The notes under the pieces are model-generated. The model saw only the letters and a program-made list of their open reading frames with translations, was not told where the DNA came from and made no database searches. This document shows, in pieces, positions 34,672-41,613 of a stretch of DNA of 64,000 nt. The position numbers and the translations under genes are program-made. The DNA is from an uncultured bacterium. GTDB lineage: Bacteria; Verrucomicrobiota; Kiritimatiellia; RFP12; UBA1067. The number at the start of each line of letters is the position of its first letter. Within the stretch, counting starts at the first letter, position 1. The stretch is taken from the NCBI GenBank assembly GCA_902763655.1, contig CACWSW010000002.1, positions 10,519 to 74,518 of the forward strand. The letters are read 5' to 3'.

Positions 34672-35274
34672 TCAGATCACGTATAGCGTCCTGATGTACG
34701 GCAGCAGCACGCGCGTGACGATCAGCGCGTTCATCCTGTGCCCGCCTTCGAATACTTGCGACATGCCGGGATAATGCTGCTCGAACATGGGACGGGTCTC
34801 GACGGCCATCGGATCCTCGTCGCCGAAGAGGCCGTGGCAGAGCGGACGGTCATCGTCCGTCACGCCGTCGAACTGGTGCGCCTCCAGTTCCTGGTAGTGC
34901 GCGATGATCTCCTTCGTGACGTGGAACTCGGTCGCGCCGTCCCTGCGCGCGTTGAGCCACTTGTGCTTCCCGACGAACAGCACGTCGTACTTCTTCGAGA
35001 GCGTGAACGAGGGATTCACGCAGATGCGCACGAATCCGTGCATCTGCTGCGCGTACCATCCGCCCATCGACGTGCCGATCACGAGGTTCGGCCGCTCCTT
35101 CGCCGCAAGCTCCTTCAGCATGGGCAGCGCAATGGCCGGATCCACCGGAATGTCCGGAGCGACGACCGCCGCGCGGTGCGCCGCGTCCGTCTCCCAGAAC
35201 GACTTCCTCAGCAGCTCCACCGTTCCGCTAGCGCCCGACGACCCGAATCCGTGCAGATAAAGAATCTTCTTCAT
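34672..35274 (-). CDS. YqiA/YcfP-like alpha/beta hydrolase (esterase)
   Basis: The real start is ATG 35274 (MKKILYLHGFGSSGASG). Nucleophile elbow GTSMGG. The track ORF is over-extended. Confidence 0.7.
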   Translation of the reverse strand: MKKILYLHGFGSSGASGTVELLRKSFWETDAAHRAAVVAPDIPVDPAIALPMLKELAAKERPNLVIGTSMGGWYAQQMHGFVRICVNPSFTLSKKYDVLFVGKHKWLNARRDGATEFHVTKEIIAHYQELEAHQFDGVTDDDRPLCHGLFGDEDPMAVETRPMFEQHYPGMSQVFEGGHRMNALIVTRVLLPYIRTLYVI

Positions 35275-35299
35275 TTCTCTTCCTTGGTATAGGCTGGTG

Positions 35300-35653
35300 T
35301 CACACGGCGATGAATACGATCCCGGGATTCGGGGAACGCCTGTATGGCGGCGGAATCTGCGACGAGTCCGGGAACGCGAGGCATTCCGACGAGAACACGT
35401 CGCCCGCGAACTCGCCGTCGAGGAAACCACGTATGTGGTTCTGCGCCCGGTAGCGGCGGCAGGCCGCCAGCACTCCATCCTTGATGAGCGAGGTTCCGCC
35501 CGACGAGCCGTAGCCGGTGATGACCGCGAAGAGCGACGGCCCCGACGCGCGCGCAGCGCTCACGATCTGCTCGAGCCGCGCGAGCGCCATGTCGACGTTC
35601 GTGCCGCGCGGGTGCAGGTCGTACTCGACCAGTCCGCGGCCGCGCCTCACCAC
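35300..35653 (-). CDS. Smr-domain-like small protein
   Basis: YDLHPRGTNVDMALARLEQIV...FAVITGYGSSGGTSLIKDGV resembles the Smr DLHG...GKG core. The proposed GTG start at 35653 overlaps the upstream stop (35647-35649). The long track version overlaps the neighbouring gene. Confidence 0.45.
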   Translation of the reverse strand: MVRRGRGLVEYDLHPRGTNVDMALARLEQIVSAARASGPSLFAVITGYGSSGGTSLIKDGVLAACRRYRAQNHIRGFLDGEFAGDVFSSECLAFPDSSQIPPPYRRSPNPGIVFIAV

Positions 35654-36738
35654 GCACCTCCATCCCTGAGACGCGACTGGACGGACACCACGGCCGCGCG
35701 CGCCGTCGCGAACGCCAGAGTAAGGTTGTATCCGCCCGTCGGACCGTCCACGTCCAGCACCTCGCCCGAGAAGTATAGCCCCGGCACCTTCCGCGACATC
35801 ATCGTCGCAGGATCCACGTCCTCGCGCGACACACCGCCGACCGTCACGATCGCCTCCTTGAGCGGACGCGGCAGCAGCTGCCGCAGCAGCACGGACTGCC
35901 CGCCGAAAGACACTTCCATCGACATCCCCGCGTAGCCGTGTCGCGCCACCCAGCGCTGGCAGTTGTACACCGCGGCACCGCTCAGCCCCCACGCCTCGCA
36001 GTCCACCTCCCCAGTAGACGAGAAGACGGTCCGTCCCGTCGCGTCCAGCACGCGAGCCTCGCCGTCGTCGAACCGCGCCCCCGCCTGCGCTGCCACCGCG
36101 CGGTCGCGCACCTCAAGTCCTGTCAGGCCGGCGCGGCAAGGTTCAATGCGATGTCCGAGACGGCGCGCGAAGTCCTGCCCGTCGCCAACGGATCCAGTCT
36201 TCGGGAACGACAGCCCGCCCGTAGCGACAAGCACGTTCTTCGCCCACAACGTAAAGCGCTCCGTCGCGACGATGAATCCGTTCTTCATCGGCTGTATGCC
36301 GGTCACGGGGCAGTTCACGCAGAGCGGCACGCCTTCGTCGCGCAGCAGATCGCCAAACGCATGCACGACCGTCGCCGCCTGCCCAGAATCCGGAAACATC
36401 CGCCCGTCGGGCATGCGGCGCAGCTTCACGCCGAGGCTTCGCACGCCGCGGACGATGGCCTGCGGCGGACAGTTCCGCAAGGCGGGAGCCGCCCACTCGG
36501 CGACGGGATCGCCCAGGTCGCGCAGGAACGCCTCCGGAGAGATGTCCTTCGTGAAGTTGCAGCGCCCGTTCGCCGTCATCAGCATCTTCGCGCCAAGCCG
36601 CACCTTCCGCTCGAAGACGAGGCAGCCGACCTTGCGCTCGGCCGCAACCGCGGCGGCGAACATTCCGGCCGCTCCGCCGCCGACGATCGCCAGCGGCACC
36701 GGTTCGTGCTTCAGGTTCTGGTTGCTGCGCTCTTTCAT
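35647..36738 (-). CDS. HI0933-like NAD(P)/FAD-dependent oxidoreductase (aminoacetone oxidase family)
   Basis: LAIVGGGAAGMFAAAVAAERKVGCLVFERKVRLGAKMLMTANGRCNFTK is the family N-terminal signature. C-terminal GLYFSGEVLDVDGPTGGYNL. Confidence 0.8.
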   Translation of the reverse strand: MKERSNQNLKHEPVPLAIVGGGAAGMFAAAVAAERKVGCLVFERKVRLGAKMLMTANGRCNFTKDISPEAFLRDLGDPVAEWAAPALRNCPPQAIVRGVRSLGVKLRRMPDGRMFPDSGQAATVVHAFGDLLRDEGVPLCVNCPVTGIQPMKNGFIVATERFTLWAKNVLVATGGLSFPKTGSVGDGQDFARRLGHRIEPCRAGLTGLEVRDRAVAAQAGARFDDGEARVLDATGRTVFSSTGEVDCEAWGLSGAAVYNCQRWVARHGYAGMSMEVSFGGQSVLLRQLLPRPLKEAIVTVGGVSREDVDPATMMSRKVPGLYFSGEVLDVDGPTGGYNLTLAFATARAAVVSVQSRLRDGGAW

Positions 36739-36744
36739 CTCGCA

Positions 36745-38226
36745 CTACTTTATCGCCGTGACCTTGGCTCCCGGCAAGGCCGCAAGGAGCGCGTTGAGCT
36801 TGGGATCGTCCATCATCTTTCGCTGCTCTTCCGGCGTCAGCTGCGGACGGGCAGCCGGCTTGGAAGTTGACTGGACACTTGGCTTGGCGGTTGACTGGGC
36901 ACCCGCGGCAGAAGGGCTGGCACCTCCGGCGACTTTAAGGTCTTTAGGGCCTTTAACGTCGTTAGGGTCTTTAGGGTCATTAGAGACTTTAACGACCTTA
37001 TCATCCTTATCGACATCGCCGCCGCTAGACCCTGCGCTGACTGGGACAGCCGCCATCTTGGCGGCTCCACCACCAGCCGCGAGCGCGCGGACGGCCCGCA
37101 TCAGCTCCTCGATGCTCGCCACCGTGGCGATGCGAGACGCTCGCAGAAGCGTCATCTCGATGAGAGTGCGCACGCTGAGAGCGTAGCGCAGCTTGTCCTC
37201 CATCGCGGCCAGCTGGTCGGCTATGCGGAAGATGCGAGAGGCGTCGCAGAGCTTCGCCTGCTCCGAGAGCGTCTTCACCTGGTCGGGCGTGGCCTCCAGG
37301 ACGGCGGTCTGCCCGCCCAGCGACTGGTACACGATCAGGTTGCGGAAGTGCCGCAGCAGCTCGCCCGCGAGACGGCGCATGTTCTTGCCCGCCGAGTCGA
37401 ACGCCTCAACGGACTGCAGGATCGCCGCCGCGTCGCCTTTCAGGATCGCTCCGGCGAGGTCTTCGAGCGCCTTGCGCGAAACGAGGCCGAACACGCTCAG
37501 GGCATCCTCTTCCGTGATGGTGGTGCCCTTGAACGCGATCAGCTGGTCGAGTGAAGAGAGCGCGTCGCGCATGCCTCCCTCCGCGCCGCGCGCGATGGCG
37601 AGGAGCGCATCCTGGTCGGCCGTGATGCCTTCCTTGCCGCAGATGTACTGCAGACGGGCTGCTATCTGGTGCGTCTGGATGCGGCGCAGGTCGAACCGCT
37701 GGCAGCGCGAGACGATCGTCGCGAGAACCTTGTCGCCCTCCGTGGTGGCGAAGACGAACTTCACGTACGGCGGCGGCTCCTCGAGCGTCTTGAGGAGCGC
37801 GTTCCACGCCGAGGGCGTGAGCATGTGGCATTCGTCGATGATGAAGATCTTGTACTTCGAGGTCGTCGGCTTGAACTGGACGGCCTCGATGATCGGACGC
37901 ACATCCTCCACCTTGTTGTGGCTGGCGGCGTCGAGCTCCGTGACGTCAAGCGACCTGCCTGCGGCGATCTGCTTGCAGTTGTCGCACTCCCCGCACGGCT
38001 CCACGCCCTTCGGGCTTGCGCAGTTGAGCGCCTTCGCGAAGATGCGCGAGAGCGTGGTCTTGCCGATGCCGCGCGGGCCGACGAAGAGGTAGGCGTTGGC
38101 GATGCGCCCCGATTCCAGGGCGTTCCTTAGCGTGCGCGTGACGTGCTCCTGGCCGACGACGTCGTCGAACGTCATCGGCCTGTACTTCAGCGGCAACGCC
38201 ACATGGACTTGTTCTGTCTCCTGCAT
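36745..38226 (-). CDS. dnaX: DNA polymerase III subunit gamma/tau
   Basis: LKYRPMTFDDVVGQEHV, FVGPRGIGKTTLSRIFAKALNC, zinc module CGECDNC, IFIIDECHML, FVFATTE, SRCQRF. Confidence 0.95.
   Translation of the reverse strand: MQETEQVHVALPLKYRPMTFDDVVGQEHVTRTLRNALESGRIANAYLFVGPRGIGKTTLSRIFAKALNCASPKGVEPCGECDNCKQIAAGRSLDVTELDAASHNKVEDVRPIIEAVQFKPTTSKYKIFIIDECHMLTPSAWNALLKTLEEPPPYVKFVFATTEGDKVLATIVSRCQRFDLRRIQTHQIAARLQYICGKEGITADQDALLAIARGAEGGMRDALSSLDQLIAFKGTTITEEDALSVFGLVSRKALEDLAGAILKGDAAAILQSVEAFDSAGKNMRRLAGELLRHFRNLIVYQSLGGQTAVLEATPDQVKTLSEQAKLCDASRIFRIADQLAAMEDKLRYALSVRTLIEMTLLRASRIATVASIEELMRAVRALAAGGGAAKMAAVPVSAGSSGGDVDKDDKVVKVSNDPKDPNDVKGPKDLKVAGGASPSAAGAQSTAKPSVQSTSKPAARPQLTPEEQRKMMDDPKLNALLAALPGAKVTAIK
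36933..37066. repeat. Repeat units embedded in the dnaX C-terminal linker (TTAAGGTC/TTAGGGTC array plus the AGCCGCCATCTTGGCGGC hairpin)
   Basis: The array TTTAAGGTCTTTAGGGCCTTTAACGTCGTTAGGGTCTTTAGGGTCATTAGAGACTTTAACGACC at 36933-37005 belongs to the same unit family as 54873-54968. The 18-mer at 37048-37065 is identical to 16732-16749. Translation: GGAAKMAAVP...DKDDKVVKVSNDPKDPNDVKGPKDLKV. Confidence 0.8.
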
Positions 38227-38233
38227 AGGCTAG

Positions 38234-38242
38234 ATTATACCA
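38234..38242 (-). promoter_or_regulatory. Extended -10 element TGGTATAAT 7 nt upstream of the dnaX ATG (leaderless candidate)
   Basis: The complement of ATTATACCA reads TGGTATAAT. CTAGCCT follows, then ATG at 38226. No room for an RBS. Confidence 0.45.
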
Positions 38243-38261
38243 TATCTCGCCGCGGCATGTG

Positions 38262-39527
38262 TCATCCAAGCGAAATGCTCATGCCGAAGCCGGGAGGTAT
38301 GTCGTCAGGACGATGTGCCACGCAGATCGCCGTGCAATCCGGGCGTGACGAAAGGTAGTGCGCAACGCGCGAGCGCAGGCGGCGCGCCGCCGCCACGTCC
38401 AGGTTCAGGCAAGGTTCGTCCAGAAGGAGCAGGTCCGGCTTCTTGCGCAGCGCCATTTCCAGAAGCTCGTCCGCGCCTAGGCCAAGATAGGACTGCTGCT
38501 CCGGCGACACCATGCCGATGCGCCGCCGCACCTTGGCAAGCTCCGTGCCGGGCGCGCGACGCACGCCGAACACGGTCACGTCGTTGGCGTAGGCCAAGGG
38601 ACTGTCCCCCGTGATGAGCGCAAGAAGCGTTGTCTTGCCGCTCCCGTTCGGACCCTGCAGCACCCAATGCTCGCCGCGCCGAACCGTCCACGAGAACCCG
38701 TCGAAAAGTTTCCTCCGACCAAAGCAAATCCGAATTCCCCTCAGCTCAACCACCGGAGTCGCCGGATGGCCCTGTGTCGCCGGATGGCCCTGTAGTATCT
38801 CCCGGTCCCGGCGGTCCCGGTGGTCTCGGCGGTCCCGGCACTCCCATCGCTCCCGGCACTCCCATCGCTCTCGGCCAAGATAGCGCACTTCAGTGACACA
38901 GGAAGGGATCTCGTCCTCGTGCCGCACGGAAATGAGGAGCGACGTCCCTTGCGCGGCCAGCGTATCCAGAAGCCGCTTGAGTTCGTCGCGCCGTTCAGGG
39001 TCCAGTCCCGCGCACGGGTCGTCCAGCACCAGCAGCGCGGGAGCTGAAAGGAGCGCGTGCGCGAGCAACACACGGCGCGTCTCGCCGTTCGAGAGCGCGA
39101 GGAAGGGACGGTCCATCAGATCGCGGAGACGAAGAAGCGGCATGATCCTGCGGCGCGCAGCGGCGTAGGATCGACGTTCCGCGAGGCGCGACCGCCCGAC
39201 CTCAAACGGGTTGACGTCGAACACGCGGTTGAAGGAAAGAACATCGGCCACGGTATCGCCAGGGCCGGCGTCATCCACAAGCGAATAGTAGCGCGCCTGC
39301 AGGAATCCCCCCTTCCGCGCGGCCGCGCGCTGCTGCGCGAAGGAGACGAGCCGCACGCGCCCTTCCATTCCTTCGTCCATCTCCACGGACATCCCGCGCG
39401 GCACCGGCTCCTCGCCGGCAACGATCCTGCACAGGCGCGACTTCGCCGCGCCGTCGTCGCCGAGAAGCGCCCAGCAGCGTCCGCGCTCGAACCGCCAGGT
39501 TCCACCTATAGAAATTGCCTTTGTCAT
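38262..39527 (-). CDS. ModF-like tandem ABC ATPase (two nucleotide-binding domains, no TM domain)
   Basis: The real start is ATG 39527 (MTKAISIGG); the track start 39563 is TTG. NBD1: degenerate Walker A GDDGAAKS, LSNGETRRVLLAHALLSAPALLVLDDPCAGLD. NBD2: QGPNGSGKTTLLALITGD, LLLLDEP. Long stretches parallel my recollection of E. coli ModF (LSWQVNPGEHWQIVGPNGAGKSTLLSLITGDHPQGYSNDLTLFGRRRG). Confidence 0.75.
   Translation of the reverse strand: MTKAISIGGTWRFERGRCWALLGDDGAAKSRLCRIVAGEEPVPRGMSVEMDEGMEGRVRLVSFAQQRAAARKGGFLQARYYSLVDDAGPGDTVADVLSFNRVFDVNPFEVGRSRLAERRSYAAARRRIMPLLRLRDLMDRPFLALSNGETRRVLLAHALLSAPALLVLDDPCAGLDPERRDELKRLLDTLAAQGTSLLISVRHEDEIPSCVTEVRYLGRERWECRERWECRDRRDHRDRRDREILQGHPATQGHPATPVVELRGIRICFGRRKLFDGFSWTVRRGEHWVLQGPNGSGKTTLLALITGDSPLAYANDVTVFGVRRAPGTELAKVRRRIGMVSPEQQSYLGLGADELLEMALRKKPDLLLLDEPCLNLDVAAARRLRSRVAHYLSSRPDCTAICVAHRPDDIPPGFGMSISLG
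38758..38874. repeat. 117-nt block of three tandem repeat types inside the ABC ATPase inter-domain linker
   Basis: GTCGCCGGATGGCCCTGT x2 at 38758-38793. The CGGTCCCGG-unit array includes the 32-mer at 38807-38838, identical to 2468-2499. CACTCCCATCGCTC(C/T)CGG x2 at 38839-38874. Translation: RERWECRERWECRDRRDHRDRRDREILQGHPATQGHPAT. Confidence 0.85.
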
Positions 39528-39534
39528 TTCCCGT

Positions 39535-39543
39535 ATTTTATCA
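39535..39543 (-). promoter_or_regulatory. Extended -10 element TGATAAAAT 7 nt upstream of the ABC ATPase ATG (leaderless candidate)
   Basis: The complement of ATTTTATCA reads TGATAAAAT. ACGGGAA follows, then ATG at 39527. Confidence 0.4.
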
Positions 39544-39569
39544 AACAATCCGCCCCGCCCCAATATTAA

Positions 39570-39578
39570 TGGTATAAT
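39570..39578 (+). promoter_or_regulatory. Extended -10 element TGGTATAAT 6 nt upstream of ATG 39585 (leaderless candidate)
   Basis: TGGTATAAT, then GTGGCG, then ATGAAACGC. It is arranged divergently with the element at 39535-39543. Confidence 0.4.
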
Positions 39579-39584
39579 GTGGCG

Positions 39585-41513
39585 ATGAAACGCTTTCTTC
39601 TAGGAGCAACCATACTTGCGGCGCTGGTCGGTCTACTGTATGCGCCGACAGGTTCGTTCGGATTTCTGCATCTCGACGACCACGACTACACTTTCCTCTG
39701 CCCGTTCGTGCACGGCGGGCTGTCATGGGGCAACATAAAGGAAGCTTTCACGAACCTGAGCCATGGCGGCGTATGGATGCCGCTCACCTACATTTCCTAC
39801 ATGTGCGACATCTCTCTGTTCGGGCCTGGAGCAGGGCCGCATCACCTCGTGAACGTGGCGCTTCACATGGTCAACGCCATGCTGCTGCTGACGCTCGCCT
39901 GGCGGCTCGCGGGCGGCAGAAGACGCTTCTGGATCGTGCTTGCCGTGGCATTCTGGGCGTTCCATCCGCAGCGCGTGGAGGCCGTGGCGTGGATCGCCAG
40001 CCGCAAAGAGTTGTTGTGGGCCGCATTCACGCTCGCGGGCCTGCTGTTTTGGGGATCGGCAGATCGCAGATCGGCCATCAGATCCATCGCGGCGTATCTG
40101 TGCTGCGCGCTCGCATGCATGAGCAAGCCTACGGCCATGTGCTTTCCGGCGCTCGCGCTTTGCGTGGATCTGGCGATGCGCAGTGGCATTTGCCCAAGCG
40201 ACAGCGAGGCCAGGCACACAGAAGATGCCAAGTACACAGAAGGGGGCAAGCACATAGCATTGATGCGCGAACTGCGTTCGCGTATCTTCCCCTACCTGCC
40301 GCTCCTGCTCATGGCCATCGCCACTGGTGCGCTCGCCATGTATTCGCAGACACACCCAGCCGGCCACGAGGTGCGTGCGATCTTCAGCGCATCCCTGCCG
40401 TGGCGACTTCTCAATGCCATTGTAGCGATCGGCCTTTCGCTGTTCCAGATGATCGTGCCCGTAGGAATCCACATCGACTACCGCGCCGTCCCCGGACAGT
40501 GGCCTATCCACGGGCTCCTAGGCTGCCTGACATTCGTTTCGTGCCTGGTGCTTGTAGTTGGAGCTTTTAGCTTTAAGCTTGGAGCTTGGAGTGTTGCTTT
40601 CGCGCATATCTCTTGCCCGCAAGACCCGCACAAAGCTCAAAGCTCTAAGCTCAAAGCTCTAAGCTCTAAGCACCAAGCACCTGCAATCTCCATCCTCTGG
40701 TTCCTGGCAGCCCTCCTGCCAACCCTCGGCATCTTCGGCAGCTTCGGCGAACATGCGCGCGCCGACCGATTCCTCTACGTGCCGATGATGGCCGTGGCGG
40801 TGGCGGTGGCGATGGCAGGGGGGGACCAGGACCGCCGGGATCACCGAGACCACCGGGGAAAGCCAGCTAAGAAGTGGCAGAGCTTGGCAATGAGGTCCAT
40901 GGCCGGCCTGTATGTGGCGACATTGGCAGTGATTGCCTGGCCCGTAATCGATTCCTACAGAAACGACGAGTCCGTCTTCAGGCGCGCACTACTCTTCGAT
41001 CCCGATAACGGCCGCGCGCTCGCACACGTGGGCCAGGCGGAATGCGCTCAGCGCAACGGCATCGACCGCGGCATCGAACATCTCCGCCGAAGCCAAGCAG
41101 TCCGTCCGCGCGACGACACCTCCGCCCAGCTGGCCTACGCGCTTGCAATGCGCGGCCATTCCGGCGACTTCGGTGAGATCCGTCGCCTATGCAGCAAGTT
41201 CGCCTGCGACCATACGCTCGACAGGAAGGGACAGGCCCTCGAGGCGCTTGGCATCACGGCCATGCGCCAGCGACGGTGGAACGAGGCCATCGGCTGCCTC
41301 TACGACTCCATCCGCGCGCCGAATCGATTCTACTCGAACGAGGACGCCATGCTGAAGCTCGCGGCATGCCTCTGCAACGCAGGCCGACAGGCAGAAGCCA
41401 CGAAATGGCTCGAGCAACTGACGCGCTCAAAGCGAAACGACATTAGAGGGAAGGCCATCCAGTCGCTGGAGACGCTCAAGCGCAATCCACGGACCGTGCT
41501 CTTCCTCGATTAG
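39585..41513 (+). CDS. TMTC/PMT-like polytopic membrane protein with C-terminal TPR repeats
   Basis: ATG 39585 (MKRFLLG); the track start 39579 is GTG. The N-terminal loop FLHLDDHDYTF...GGVWMPLTYISYMCD...HHLVNVALHMVNAMLL fits the DD...RPL...H.N..H pattern of TMTC-type O-mannosyltransferase-like proteins. About 10 TM segments. TPR-like C-terminus. Confidence 0.6.
   Translation: MKRFLLGATILAALVGLLYAPTGSFGFLHLDDHDYTFLCPFVHGGLSWGNIKEAFTNLSHGGVWMPLTYISYMCDISLFGPGAGPHHLVNVALHMVNAMLLLTLAWRLAGGRRRFWIVLAVAFWAFHPQRVEAVAWIASRKELLWAAFTLAGLLFWGSADRRSAIRSIAAYLCCALACMSKPTAMCFPALALCVDLAMRSGICPSDSEARHTEDAKYTEGGKHIALMRELRSRIFPYLPLLLMAIATGALAMYSQTHPAGHEVRAIFSASLPWRLLNAIVAIGLSLFQMIVPVGIHIDYRAVPGQWPIHGLLGCLTFVSCLVLVVGAFSFKLGAWSVAFAHISCPQDPHKAQSSKLKALSSKHQAPAISILWFLAALLPTLGIFGSFGEHARADRFLYVPMMAVAVAVAMAGGDQDRRDHRDHRGKPAKKWQSLAMRSMAGLYVATLAVIAWPVIDSYRNDESVFRRALLFDPDNGRALAHVGQAECAQRNGIDRGIEHLRRSQAVRPRDDTSAQLAYALAMRGHSGDFGEIRRLCSKFACDHTLDRKGQALEALGITAMRQRRWNEAIGCLYDSIRAPNRFYSNEDAMLKLAACLCNAGRQAEATKWLEQLTRSKRNDIRGKAIQSLETLKRNPRTVLFLD
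40546..40680. repeat. Intragenic inverted repeat of AGCTT(T/G)-type units
   Basis: The left arm GTGCCTGGTGCTTGTAGTTGGAGCTTTTAGCTTTAAGCTTGGAGCTTGGAG pairs with the right arm CAAAGCTCAAAGCTCTAAGCTCAAAGCTCTAAGCTCTAAGCACCAAGCAC. Same unit family as the intergenic array at 44136-44320. Translation: ...GAFSFKLGAWSVAFAHISCPQDPHKAQSSKLKALSSKHQAP. Confidence 0.8.
40821..40858. repeat. Intragenic GGACC(A/G)CCG-unit array (inverted copy of the 2468-2499 / 38807-38838 element)
   Basis: GGGGACCAGGACCGCCGGGATCACCGAGACCACCGGGG. Translation: GGDQDRRDHRDHRG. Confidence 0.75.
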
Positions 41514-41529
41514 GTTAAACCACAGAATA

Positions 41530-41607
41530 GGTTAACCACGAAATACACGAAACACACGAAAGAGTACCGAGACGCCTTTCGTGTATTTCGTGTGTTTCGT
41601 GGTTCAA
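41530..41607. repeat. Near-perfect ~30-bp-arm hairpin of CACGAAA(T/C)A units between convergent genes
   Basis: GGTTAACCACGAAATACACGAAACACACGAAAG, then a 13-nt loop, then CTTTCGTGTATTTCGTGTGTTTCGTGGTTCAA. No trailing U-tract on either strand. Confidence 0.8.
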
Positions 41608-41613
41608 TAAGAC

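Noticed and set aside
35654-35992. Long version (230 aa) of the Smr-like ORF.
   Set aside because: The upstream 113 codons overlap the 3-prime end of the HI0933-like gene in another frame and look like shadow sequence. A GTG at 35653 coupled to the upstream stop is more plausible.
36745-38226. Programmed -1 frameshift site in dnaX (E. coli-type A AAA AAG).
   Set aside because: I found no slippery heptamer of that type in the gene, so there is no evidence either way for a gamma product.
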